Source: a virus. From it: DNA of 57,877 nt. Positions within the stretch are counted from its first letter, which is position 1; every line of letters starts with the position of its first letter. Positions 1-9,070 of the stretch are shown piece by piece. The translations under genes and the position numbers were made by a program. The notes below the pieces were generated by a model. The model had not been told where the DNA came from and ran no database searches. It saw nothing but the letters and a program-made list of their open reading frames with translations. The stretch is from IMG/VR virus record IMGVR_UViG_3300028534_000017, positions 72,284-130,160 of that record, one strand, 5' to 3'.

Positions 1-2
1 AA

Positions 3-95
3 TATGATTCAAAAGCAACTGCCCAAGATAATATTATTAATAATGATTATATTATTCAATGGGATGCTGGTAATGGAGTTTATGCTAAAAATTAA
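3..95 (+). CDS. 3' end of an upstream gene (partial)
   Basis: Frame 3 reads YDSKATAQDNIINNDYIIQWDAGNGVYAKN*, followed by a hairpin. The WDAGN ending loosely recalls Hef-like endonuclease C-termini. Confidence 0.4.
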   Translation, partial: YDSKATAQDNIINNDYIIQWDAGNGVYAKN

Positions 96-109
96 TTAAA
101 ATTGTCGGA

Positions 110-156
110 AGAAATAATTGTATTATCTATACAATTATTTCTCCAATTTTCCTGTC
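110..156 (+). terminator. Hairpin terminator followed by TTTTCCTGTC
   Basis: 14-bp stem AGAAATAATTGTAT/ATACAATTATTTCT (110-142) between convergent genes; TTTTCCTGTC at 147-156. Confidence 0.7.
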
Positions 157-304
157 GTTAAAATAACGATCTTTGGATTTTTGGTTTTCGTGTGAACTTT
201 AACCGTATTTTTTTTACTCTTTTTTCAGCATAAGTACAATCGATAACCGATGTACAAAAATCGTATATAGTACTTTGTCTATATTTTATCTTTTTCTTTT
301 CCAT
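134..304 (-). CDS. Small basic hypothetical protein (56 aa)
   Basis: Read by hand: MEKKKIKYRQ...TTGKLEK*, with an AAGGAG RBS upstream. Confidence 0.5.
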
Positions 305-407
305 CGTTATCTCCTTAATGTTTAATTTTCAAAATTCCAAAGATAATTAATAAACTTAATAAACTTAATAGAACATGCAAAAAATATATTCTAGAATTCG
401 TAGCATA

Positions 408-728
408 TTAATTAATTCTATTTAAAGCTTCTTTAAATAGTTCTTTATCTTCATTAGCTAAACCATCATTCAATAAATCTTCTATATTTACTAAATACCA
501 CTCTTTTGGTCTACCATTGTCTACTAAAAAACAATTTAATTCTCTTTCGTCATATGCGATACCAGCTGCTGTAAATAAAATATTATCCAATAAACAAACT
601 GGTAAAATTTTTGGTTCATTCTTCGAGAATGTAAAATCTTTAATTTCTCCTTCTGAAACCATTTTGGCTTTTTGTTGCAACCAATACTCTTTACTATTTC
701 CATCAGTTGGGTTAATATAAAATCCCAT
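408..728 (-). CDS. Hypothetical phage protein
   Basis: ORF 408..752; start moved to MGFYINP (728), which has an AAGGAG RBS. Confidence 0.75.
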   Translation of the reverse strand: MGFYINPTDGNSKEYWLQQKAKMVSEGEIKDFTFSKNEPKILPVCLLDNILFTAAGIAYDERELNCFLVDNGRPKEWYLVNIEDLLNDGLANEDKELFKEALNRIN

Positions 729-742
729 TATTTCTCCTTTAA

Positions 743-816
743 TTTTTGGCAAATTTGTTTACCATTTTCATCTAATCTTGGAGTTATGTTATCTCCAAAA
801 AAACCACCTTGTAAAT
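743..816. repeat. 74-bp direct repeat, copy 1
   Basis: Identical to 1327-1400. Confidence 0.9.
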
Positions 817-890
817 TATCAAAATGATAAATTAATTATCTTTACTATTTCTTTATCTTTTAAATAACTTTCAATCAAAAAGATCCATAT

Positions 891-1310
891 TTATTCATTA
901 TTATTTAAGCAACTTTCAATGGTTACCTTTTTTACGTCCATTACTTTTAAAAGCTCATTTACTAACTTTTCATTAAAGATATTTTTATTTCCAATAATTT
1001 TTATTTTAAGTTTTATATTTATTAAATTATAAAACTCTTTTATAAAGTTTTCGAAATGTTTTTTTAAATTCAAAATGCTTTGTTTAGCTGCTATAATTTC
1101 ATAAGTTGAACGATCCATGTGTTGTAATCCAGACATTGCTTCCGTTAATATACGAACTTTTTTAAAAAGTTCCTGTTTATTTAATTGAAATTCTGTTTCA
1201 ACTCGATTAAGAATAGTTGCAATTACTAGGGATAAATTTTCAAAAATTCCATAATTAATATTTCTTTGATCTAAATTGTCCAAATCAATTTTTATTTTTA
1301 ATTTTGCCAT
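891..1310 (-). CDS. Hypothetical protein lying between the 74-bp direct repeats
   Basis: ORF 891..1355; likely start MAKLK at 1310 after AAAGG. Confidence 0.65.
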   Translation of the reverse strand: MAKLKIKIDLDNLDQRNINYGIFENLSLVIATILNRVETEFQLNKQELFKKVRILTEAMSGLQHMDRSTYEIIAAKQSILNLKKHFENFIKEFYNLINIKLKIKIIGNKNIFNEKLVNELLKVMDVKKVTIESCLNNNE

Positions 1311-1320
1311 AATAAAACCT

Positions 1321-1590
1321 TTATTTTTTTTGGCAAATTTGTTTACCATTTTCATCTAATCTTGGAGTTATGTTATCTCCAAAAAAACCACCTTGTAAAT
1401 ACTGACAACCACTTTTATAATCAGTGTAAATCACCAAATTGCTTCTTTGGTGATTTGCCCAATTATCCGAGTCATCGAAACCTATATTGAACTGATTAAA
1501 TATTGTTACAATAATAGTTACTATTATAAAAGCAATCCAAAAAGCAATCCAATTAAACGTAGAAATATCCCAAGTAAAACTAAATTTCAT
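1321..1590 (-). CDS. Small membrane-anchored protein, DUF6440-like
   Basis: N-terminal TM helix plus YTDYKSGCQYL...ITPRLDENGK motif. Confidence 0.6.
   Translation of the reverse strand: MKFSFTWDISTFNWIAFWIAFIIVTIIVTIFNQFNIGFDDSDNWANHQRSNLVIYTDYKSGCQYLQGGFFGDNITPRLDENGKQICQKK
1327..1400. repeat. 74-bp direct repeat, copy 2 (3' end of gene 1321..1590)
   Basis: Identical to 743-816, offset 584 bp. Confidence 0.9.
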
Positions 1591-2101
1591 TTTCTTTCTC
1601 CTTTTCTTGATTTTCTATTTCTTTAAGCTGTTTAGACATTTTAAGAATTTCTTCTAAAACATCTTCTGGTTGCCAAACTTTACCAGTAAATGAATTTGCC
1701 ATTATTTTTAAAGAGTACATATTGGAACCAGCTAAATATTTTTTAGCTAATTCAAGATTAATACCATCTCCATAATGAGCCGTATCAAAACCAACCCAAT
1801 AATAAGGAGCTTCGAAAAGCACTGGAATATTTACCATCGTAATATTTCCTTGGTTATTCATACCTATTTTACGTTCTGGATAGCTACCCATCTGTTCAAA
1901 TGTAATTCCCCCGTGTACATCGATCTCTGATTCTAAATCATGTTCTAACGCTGGATGTTTTGGAGGAATACCAATATACCCATTAATACATCCAGTAGGA
2001 CCCATTAAAATCTTATATGGAAACCTTTCCAAAGTTTCCCCTTTTTCAATAACTTTTTTTAAGTTATCTTCTGCTACTTTTTTTCTTTTTATAATATTCA
2101 T
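1580..2101 (-). CDS. Conserved phage hypothetical protein
   Basis: GYIGIPPKHP / VHGGITF / WVGFDTAH motifs recall a widespread phage family. Confidence 0.7.
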   Translation of the reverse strand: MNIIKRKKVAEDNLKKVIEKGETLERFPYKILMGPTGCINGYIGIPPKHPALEHDLESEIDVHGGITFEQMGSYPERKIGMNNQGNITMVNIPVLFEAPYYWVGFDTAHYGDGINLELAKKYLAGSNMYSLKIMANSFTGKVWQPEDVLEEILKMSKQLKEIENQEKEKENEI

Positions 2102-2125
2102 GTTTTTCCTTTATTTTAAATATTT

Positions 2126-3169
2126 TTAACCACAAGAACCATACGATGACGCACCACAAGAACTATAGGATGGTATATGTTCATTTGGTTCTCCATCTAA
2201 TCCTTCATTTTGTAACAATACTTGAATATTTCTAAGTCTTTCTCTATTACTCATGGTTCTGCCTATTCCATGCCCTGCTAAATCAGTCCTATTTCTCGTT
2301 TCGGTATTTCGGCCAGATGTATAAGCAACATATTCTTTTATGGTTGGAATATGTAAAATTTTATTACCTCCCCAATCTCGAGTTAGGTTACCATTACTTT
2401 GGAGAATTACTTCGTAAGTTTCTTCTTTTCCAAAATTTAAGGTCAGTTCCCCATTATCCGTAGGTTCGTTAGCACTCATATGAAATTTAAAAGATTGATC
2501 TTGAATTCGATAAATCTCTGTTTTACAAACTGGGCATTCGGAAGTTATTTCTGGCTCAATAGCCGTTGTTTCCATATCTAATTGTAACTGAGACTTCTCA
2601 AAATTATCATATTGATTTCTAAATGTTACTGATTTTATACCAGTTTCTTTTAAAAATTTTAACCAGTTTATAACATCATGTTGAACTTCTGGAACGAATA
2701 CACAGTTAAAATTTAAATCAAAGGATTCTCCAAATACTGTTAACACTTTAGAAATTTCGCTTAAATCTCTTTTTGATGGAACATCTGTACTTTTAAACAC
2801 CTCGACATTTTCTAAATCGTCTATACTATGTCTAGAAATATTCACATGATTAATGCCAATTAATTTTTTTTCAATAATAAAAGATTTTAAATTAATACCA
2901 TTGGTTGTTAAAACAATTTTATTAAATTTTGGATATCTTTTAATTAAATCTAAAGCTTTGCTAAAGTATGGACTTAGTAATGGTTCTCCACCTGAAAGAC
3001 TAATTTGGGTAAAATTTTCTGGTAAATTTTCTAAAGCGTACCATAAGCCAACCATAAAAGCGTCATTTTCTTTATCTTCTTCCCATTGACAAAATTCACA
3101 TCTGGCCTGACATGGACCAGGCAGAATAATTGTAAAATTGGGATTTTCGTTATGCGTTTGAATTTGCAT
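2126..3169 (-). CDS. Radical SAM protein with a Ser/Cys/Gly C-terminal tail
   Basis: CQARCEFC, SLSGGEP, LTTNG, NISRH, an extra CPVC; ends SYSSCGASSYGSCG. Confidence 0.9.
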   Translation of the reverse strand: MQIQTHNENPNFTIILPGPCQARCEFCQWEEDKENDAFMVGLWYALENLPENFTQISLSGGEPLLSPYFSKALDLIKRYPKFNKIVLTTNGINLKSFIIEKKLIGINHVNISRHSIDDLENVEVFKSTDVPSKRDLSEISKVLTVFGESFDLNFNCVFVPEVQHDVINWLKFLKETGIKSVTFRNQYDNFEKSQLQLDMETTAIEPEITSECPVCKTEIYRIQDQSFKFHMSANEPTDNGELTLNFGKEETYEVILQSNGNLTRDWGGNKILHIPTIKEYVAYTSGRNTETRNRTDLAGHGIGRTMSNRERLRNIQVLLQNEGLDGEPNEHIPSYSSCGASSYGSCG

Positions 3170-3321
3170 ATTTTCTCCTTTTAATAAAAAGTATCATACC
3201 TAAAATAAGTAATGGTAAACTACGTATCATAAGTATTTCCACAATAGTATCAAATACCAGCCAAAAGTTTTGAATATTTTTTTTAAAATTTAACATGATC
3301 ATTTTTTTATTCATCTTAATT

Positions 3322-3501
3322 TTAATAAAAACTTAGAATTATTGCAACGAATGGCCATATTAAAATAACTACAATCTGTTGAAAATGTTCCCATAAACCA
3401 ACTGGTATAACATGTCTATCAGTAAATCTAACTCCAAGTATAGTATAAATAATAGTAATTGCAATAATTACTATTAATTCGGATTCCGTAAATTCAATCA
3501 T
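3322..3501 (-). CDS. Small 2-TM membrane protein (59 aa)
   Basis: Read by hand: MIEFTESELIVIIAITIIYTILG...IWPFVAIILSFY*, with an upstream RBS. Confidence 0.5.
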   Translation of the reverse strand: MIEFTESELIVIIAITIIYTILGVRFTDRHVIPVGLWEHFQQIVVILIWPFVAIILSFY

Positions 3502-3518
3502 CCTTTTTCCTTTTTATA

Positions 3519-3751
3519 TTTAATTCGATTGATAATTACATGGAAACTTTTTTCCATGTTCCATAAGATATTTAATTTCATAAATACCCATTCCATTTTT
3601 ATTTAAATTATTAAATAATTTTTTTGGATTTTTTAATAGCTTTTCTATTTTTAATTTTTTTTAAAAAATTTAAAAAATATAAATAAGTAATACTCAATCC
3701 AATTAAAATATCTAATCCAAGATTAGATATTTTATTTTTTATTTTTTTCAT
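3519..3751 (-). pseudogene. Small membrane protein gene frameshifted in an A-run
   Basis: GGAGG RBS and MKKIKN start; removing one A from the run near 3655-3662 gives a continuous ORF ending ...KKFPCNYQSN*. Confidence 0.4.
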
Positions 3752-3877
3752 TTTAACCTCCAAAAATTGTTGCTAAACTTTGCCACATTACTATATCTAC
3801 GAACATTGTTATACCAAAGACTCCCTCGTATTTACAATTATATTTGGTATTTAAATATAATGCCATTACGGTAGTCA

Positions 3878-4054
3878 TTATTTATCCTTCGTTATTTGAA
3901 AACTAAATTTCGTATGAAAATTATCCGGATCGATAGGACGATATTCATATTTACCATCTGGAAGTTTTTCTAACTCTAGAAGAACTTCTTTTATAAGTTC
4001 TTCTTTAGAGTATTCCTTTTCTTCGATTTTAATAGTAAAATCAACCTTCTTCAT
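3878..4054 (-). CDS. Hypothetical protein
   Basis: ORF 3878..4132; start moved to MKKVDF, which has an AAGGAG RBS. Confidence 0.6.
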   Translation of the reverse strand: MKKVDFTIKIEEKEYSKEELIKEVLLELEKLPDGKYEYRPIDPDNFHTKFSFQITKDK

Positions 4055-4074
4055 TTTAACTCCTTTTAATAAAA

Positions 4075-4280
4075 TTAATAAAAAGTATCGTCTTGGATTA
4101 CTTTTTCTTTTTGAATACCACAGTTGGTACACTCTCGTGTATACGTAGTAATTTTTCTTCGTCCAATAGTATTTGAATGATTACTTAAATCAAATAATCT
4201 ACCACTTTGTTCATTTATTTTCTCCCATTTTCCAAAATGGAAACCTAAATCACAACTTAAATTTTTAGAAACTTTTTCAT
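4075..4280 (-). pseudogene. Small Zn-binding (C..H..CxxC) protein gene, frameshifted in an A5 run
   Basis: MKKFLK start after AAGGA; one extra A joins it to LSCDLGFH...RECTNCG...DDTFY*. Confidence 0.45.
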
Positions 4281-4290
4281 AACTAAATCC

Positions 4291-4893
4291 TTAAGTGTTT
4301 TGGTAATTTGGTAACGCTTTGAGAAAATAACCAACTTTGGTTTTTACGAATTCGTGTTTATCGTGATCATGATTTTCGCATGTTTCGCATTCCGCAAATT
4401 CAAATAATTCCGAATTACGAATATGGCTAAAATTCGGAATAACGTGTTTTGGTATATCTACATGTTCTACTTTATAAGTTTTTGAAATATTTGATATATC
4501 TCTTTGGATTTTACCAAGAATTTGCTTAGCATCGGAGAATGCGTTTTCTCTCCAACAGCTATCATGATTTGTAGTAAATTTCCAAACTGTTTTTTCAATG
4601 CACCATTGTGGCATATGATGCGTACCATTAAAAAAACATGAATAATAACCACCACGATTAATAAACATAAAATTTGCATATATTTTTGCTTCGATTCGTT
4701 CCTTAGATATTTCTAAATTTGGAAAATCTTTTTTGAGTTGTTTTAACTCATCTTTTGATAATGGTTTTTCAAACCATTCTGAAAAACTATATTCGAGATT
4801 TACTATTAATGTTTTACCAGAAGTTGTTCCTTCGGCCTTTTGAGGTAATAGATTCTCTACTAAGTTTTTAATCACATATTTCATTTTTAACAT
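4291..4893 (-). CDS. Hypothetical protein
   Basis: 200-aa ORF with an AAGGA RBS; C-terminal CETC and His cluster. Confidence 0.7.
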   Translation of the reverse strand: MLKMKYVIKNLVENLLPQKAEGTTSGKTLIVNLEYSFSEWFEKPLSKDELKQLKKDFPNLEISKERIEAKIYANFMFINRGGYYSCFFNGTHHMPQWCIEKTVWKFTTNHDSCWRENAFSDAKQILGKIQRDISNISKTYKVEHVDIPKHVIPNFSHIRNSELFEFAECETCENHDHDKHEFVKTKVGYFLKALPNYQNT

Positions 4894-4918
4894 CTTTTAT
4901 CCTTTTTAAATTTAAATT

Positions 4919-5134
4919 TTAATCTTCGATAAAATTAGAACAAGCCTTTTTATACATCGTTCTGGCTTCTTCTTCATTTATTTTAGATTTTCTCATATTT
5001 ACCGGAAATTGTTCCAATAAATATTCTTTAATTTTTCTTTTCGAAAGATGTTTACCGGATGTTTTAACACCGTATCTATAAACATCTTCGGCCACGTATT
5101 TTGGTTTATTTGACATAACTAAAATATTTTTCAT
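4919..5134 (-). CDS. Hypothetical protein
   Basis: ORF 4919..5164; likely start MKNIL after AAGGA. Confidence 0.6.
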   Translation of the reverse strand: MKNILVMSNKPKYVAEDVYRYGVKTSGKHLSKRKIKEYLLEQFPVNMRKSKINEEEARTMYKKACSNFIED

Positions 5135-5240
5135 GATCGATCCTTTTAAATTTATTTTATCCATTCCACAACATCAACAAATCATAATAAGTTTCCTTAT
5201 AAATAAGAAATTGCTAAAATATCGGCTTTCTTTTTAAGCT

Positions 5241-5669
5241 CTAAGCATAACTTTCTTTTTTTTCATCTGAATAATTAACGGATTTAATAGATTCGGGTGT
5301 TTGTTCCAAATTTTTTAATCTTTCTTCTAGCTGTACTTTTTTAAAAATTTTCCAAAAATTACTTAATCCTGCATAAGGAGAATCCATCCACAAAGAGGAA
5401 TGATCTTCTAATTTGGTACCATCGTTACAAAAAGCTTTACCTTTAATAGACAAAACTATTTTTTTATTGGTATCTGATAAAGAACCACTTTCTTTAAATT
5501 TCACAATAGATTTTTCATAAGTATCTAAATCAGTATTACTAAAATTAGTAATAAATTTTTCTTCATTGAAACACATTTCTTCATTTAACCAATTTAATTC
5601 CATACAGTCGAGATAATCAATATCATCTCCCTCTCCATATATATTCAATTCATCATAATAATCTCTCAT
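5241..5669 (-). CDS. Hypothetical protein
   Basis: 142-aa ORF, start overlaps the upstream stop. Confidence 0.7.
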   Translation of the reverse strand: MRDYYDELNIYGEGDDIDYLDCMELNWLNEEMCFNEEKFITNFSNTDLDTYEKSIVKFKESGSLSDTNKKIVLSIKGKAFCNDGTKLEDHSSLWMDSPYAGLSNFWKIFKKVQLEERLKNLEQTPESIKSVNYSDEKKESYA

Positions 5670-5935
5670 TAATTATCCTTTTTTAATTCATTTAATTCAT
5701 TAGCTTGTTTTTGAATTAATGCTGTTAACATATCGCTTCTATCGTTTTCGCATACCCCAATTAAATCATAAAAATCATTTATATCTAAATGACCAATTAC
5801 CGAATCTGGAAATTCCATAATTTTATTAAAGGCTATCGCGAAGGATTTTTCTTCATTTTCATCATATGTGAACGAATATTCTTTGTCATCCGCCCCATTA
5901 AAGGTCACTAAGGTTTCTCTTTTGATTTTACTCAT
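5669..5935 (-). CDS. Hypothetical protein
   Basis: 88-aa ORF with an AAGGA RBS. Confidence 0.7.
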   Translation of the reverse strand: MSKIKRETLVTFNGADDKEYSFTYDENEEKSFAIAFNKIMEFPDSVIGHLDINDFYDLIGVCENDRSDMLTALIQKQANELNELKKDN

Positions 5936-5947
5936 TAAGTATCCTTT

Positions 5948-6244
5948 TTATTTTCCAAATGTTCCAAGCGCTATAACACGGCCGTACTCATCAACACTAC
6001 AACTAATAAATTGACCATTTTTACGATCAATTGCTGGCGTCATCCCATTGTAACTAACTATGTACATAACACCATCTGTACATAGTTTTCTAATACCACC
6101 AAAGTTCGTAGCGTGCTGTTCTCCTTGCACGCCAATACTATAATGACGAGGAGTCACCATATTATCTTTAGAACTACATCCACTAAAACTCATAAGAGCA
6201 CCTAATATACCTAAACCAATCATTAACTGTGTAAACTTTTTCAT
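5948..6244 (-). CDS. Lipoprotein
   Basis: Signal peptide with lipobox FSG-C. Confidence 0.75.
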   Translation of the reverse strand: MKKFTQLMIGLGILGALMSFSGCSSKDNMVTPRHYSIGVQGEQHATNFGGIRKLCTDGVMYIVSYNGMTPAIDRKNGQFISCSVDEYGRVIALGTFGK

Positions 6245-6327
6245 AACTTATCCTTTTTTATTTTTATTTTTTTAACACGAAAAAAGATGTTTAACGTCAT
6301 CACTGACGAGAAGCTTTACTTACTATT

Positions 6328-6501
6328 TTAATAACCAAGTATACAATCACCTAAATCGATTAGATAATCGTACTTCTCAGCCAATTGTTCAGAATTCTTA
6401 CATAAGAATTCTATATTAACTGTATAACCAGCAACTAACGATTGCTCAATGAACGCTTTACAATCATTCATCTCTTCTTTACTATTAATTAAAATTTCCA
6501 T
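6328..6501 (-). CDS. Small hypothetical protein (57 aa)
   Basis: Read by hand: MEILINSKEE...GDCILGY*, with an AAAGG RBS. Confidence 0.5.
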   Translation of the reverse strand: MEILINSKEEMNDCKAFIEQSLVAGYTVNIEFLCKNSEQLAEKYDYLIDLGDCILGY

Positions 6502-6591
6502 AATAACCTTTCTTCTCCATTATCGGAGGTATTAATTAACTCAGTATTAGAGTTATACTAAACGCTATTTCTAGCAACTTGGGTTAAACGA

Positions 6592-6678
6592 AAACCCTAA
6601 TAAAAGCTAACCGTTCTTTTATCTGAGAGTCACATCATCTAGATGACTCGAACATTAGGTTAGCTTTTATTAAGGTTT
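6592..6678 (-). ncRNA. Putative structured RNA (21-bp stem with an inner hairpin)
   Basis: 6592-6612 pairs with 6658-6678; the single mismatch is a G-U pair on the minus strand. Inner GTTC/GAAC and GAGTCA/TGACTC stems. Confidence 0.4.
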
Positions 6679-6703
6679 AAAAAGGCCTCCCCGTCAGGAG
6701 GCC
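6679..6703 (-). terminator. Rho-independent terminator
   Basis: GGCCTCC/GGAGGCC stem followed by U5 on the minus strand. Confidence 0.7.
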
Positions 6704-7080
6704 AAGAGGTAGCAGATATTTATATAGCGGTTCCCACCGCTAAGACTATCTTTGAGGACGTCTTCTCAAATACCAAGTATACCCAGCCCAAGCAACAAGG
6801 CTTGGAGCAAATAATATACTAGCAACTACCATAACCATTTTAATAACTTTTGTCGTAACCGTTGGATTTTCCACCAAGTGTTATTCCATAAGTTAATTAA
6901 AACAACGATGTTGATAATAACTGTTAATACTATGGTAGACCAAAATTCTCGAGTACCTTAGAGATATAATAAATATCTCTTACCAAATCCATAGAGAAAT
7001 AATTCTATAAATTTAATAAAGGATATTGATTCATAAACAATAAAAATATTATGAACTCATGTTCTTTCTATCTTTACTGT

Positions 7081-7120
7081 TTATAAGATATCTATATAAT
7101 AAGTAACTTATTTTAAAGTA
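7081..7120 (-). promoter_or_regulatory. Putative early promoter, copy 1
   Basis: 38/40 identical to 9429-9468; intergenic, upstream of minus-strand genes. Confidence 0.65.
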
Positions 7121-7165
7121 AATAACGTACTCTTTGTAAAACAATTTCATTAATATTACTTTATT

Positions 7166-7468
7166 TTAAAATTCAAAATTCTTCATAAGATTTTTCATTT
7201 CTTTTAAAGAAATTCTTTTATTTAAAGGATTTCTCGCTTTAATAACAAAATTATTTTTTTTATATTTTCTAGAAGTATGTTTAAAATCAAAATCTGAATG
7301 TCTGGTCTGAATACATCCTCTTAAAATAGTTGGTAGTTTTCCAGTACTTCTAAGTATTCCTAATATATTTGCACTTCTACCAACTCTTTTACCATCTTTA
7401 ATTTCATAATGAAAATACTCATTTCTATGTCGGTTCTTTAAAAATTCTTTATGTATTGATTGTCTCAT
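7166..7468 (-). CDS. Basic hypothetical protein
   Basis: 100-aa ORF with an AAGGA RBS. Confidence 0.65.
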   Translation of the reverse strand: MRQSIHKEFLKNRHRNEYFHYEIKDGKRVGRSANILGILRSTGKLPTILRGCIQTRHSDFDFKHTSRKYKKNNFVIKARNPLNKRISLKEMKNLMKNFEF

Positions 7469-7477
7469 TTACCATCC

Positions 7478-7978
7478 TTACTTTATTTTAAATATTTCTT
7501 TAGCTTCTTTCTTAGCTAAAGAAATTCTTAATTTATAATCTTTATTATCCTCTCCCTTATATTTAGGATTATCTTTTTTATAACTCCGTATTTTTCCATC
7601 CGAAGTTAATCTAAAAATATACCCATTATAAGGAAGAACTTTAGCTAAAGATTCTAAGTGTTCTTGATACTCTAATGCTTCTTTATGTTTTTTGTAATCT
7701 TGGATTTCGTTATTGATAATTTCCCCAATAACCCAAACCACAGCAAAACCTAAAGAAGTACTAGCACTTAGCGCAATTAACCCCATTTTTTTAAAATGAT
7801 CTAATTTACTTAAATCGTATAAAGAAAACATAGTTATAACACTCAAAAAGATAATTACATTTTTAGGAATTTCATGAACGTAATTATCTAAACCTAGAAT
7901 TCCAAGAAGAGAAAAAAGCACCACGACTAATTTCTCTTCTTTACCAAAGGTATTATAATCTTTTTCGATTAATTGCAT
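7478..7978 (-). CDS. Membrane protein (3 TM)
   Basis: Three hydrophobic segments; RBS present. Confidence 0.7.
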   Translation of the reverse strand: MQLIEKDYNTFGKEEKLVVVLFSLLGILGLDNYVHEIPKNVIIFLSVITMFSLYDLSKLDHFKKMGLIALSASTSLGFAVVWVIGEIINNEIQDYKKHKEALEYQEHLESLAKVLPYNGYIFRLTSDGKIRSYKKDNPKYKGEDNKDYKLRISLAKKEAKEIFKIK

Positions 7979-8010
7979 TTTATTATCCTTTTTAAATTTA
8001 CTTATAAAAT

Positions 8011-8033
8011 AAAAGAAGCTCCGAAGAGCTTCT
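8011..8033 (-). terminator. Terminator with a C(UUCG)G tetraloop
   Basis: Minus strand reads AGAAGCTC-TTCG-GAGCTTCT-TTT, directly after the 8038 stop. Confidence 0.8.
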
Positions 8034-8037
8034 AAAA

Positions 8038-8430
8038 CTAAAGACTAATATCAGTTATAGTTAAATCCGAATAGTAACTATATTCTGGAAAATTAACACC
8101 ATCTAAAATTGAAGTTAACTCCTCCAAAGTGTAATTACTCTTTAGAGTGAACTGATGGAATCTGCCCGAATTACGATTAGGAGAAACTCCCTTATCATAA
8201 TTAGCAAAGCGATCTAGATATACGTCGTCGTACATTTTTGTAAAAGCTAAAACTCGACCACTAACTTTAGCAAGTTCGATTATTCTTGCTAAAGCATCCA
8301 TACAATGACCAGCTCTACCAGAACTAATAACTACAGTATTTAAACACTTTTGTATTTCCGGTTCATCGATTCTCTCATCAATTCCCTTACAAAACATTTC
8401 TACAAACGACTCTTCTCTTTCTACTCTCAT
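8038..8430 (-). CDS. Hypothetical protein
   Basis: ORF 8038..8445; ATG at 8430 follows AAGGAG. Confidence 0.7.
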   Translation of the reverse strand: MRVEREESFVEMFCKGIDERIDEPEIQKCLNTVVISSGRAGHCMDALARIIELAKVSGRVLAFTKMYDDVYLDRFANYDKGVSPNRNSGRFHQFTLKSNYTLEELTSILDGVNFPEYSYYSDLTITDISL

Positions 8431-8542
8431 TTTTATCTCCTTCAAGAAATAAGGCTATTAACATATTATAAGCTCTTTCTCGAGCAACTAAAAAAATGCT
8501 CCGTTTAACGCCCAGCTCGGCAAAGTATTATAGCTCTTCAGC

Positions 8543-9067
8543 TTAAAATTTTTTATATAGACTACGTAATATAAATAACTCTACTTCTGGATTAGATTTA
8601 CTTAAATCGATAGTTTTAGTCCATCCATTTTTAGCAGCTCTAACTCCTGGTTCCATAATACCAAATTTATTAATATTGGTATTATCACTTGTATTAATAA
8701 ATAATGGTATTCCAGATACTCCTTCAAATGCATAAGGACGTTCTTTCATTACGATAGAATGTACTTCTTTAATACCTTTCTTAGGTTGAAGTACCTCATT
8801 ATATTCATACCATTCTCCAGTAATTACATAAAAAATATCACATGAAACATCGTCATCCGAATATTCTCCGACTTTTACTAAAACATTTATCTCAGTACCA
8901 TCTTCATCTTCCTCATACATATCAAAGCCTAAACTTTCATACATATCAAAACATGACCAAGTTTGAGCATCCTCGTCTACTTGAGGATTAAATTCAAGGA
9001 TAATTTCTCCTCTACCCTCTATATTAAACGCATTATAACTTTTTACCCATATTGGAAACTCTTTCAT
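8543..9067 (-). CDS. Acidic hypothetical protein
   Basis: 174-aa ORF with an AGGAG RBS. Confidence 0.75.
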   Translation of the reverse strand: MKEFPIWVKSYNAFNIEGRGEIILEFNPQVDEDAQTWSCFDMYESLGFDMYEEDEDGTEINVLVKVGEYSDDDVSCDIFYVITGEWYEYNEVLQPKKGIKEVHSIVMKERPYAFEGVSGIPLFINTSDNTNINKFGIMEPGVRAAKNGWTKTIDLSKSNPEVELFILRSLYKKF

Positions 9068-9070
9068 AAT

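Noticed and set aside
6245-7165. tRNA genes in the ORF-poor region
   Set aside because: No cloverleaf with T-loop/D-loop consensus was recognisable by eye.
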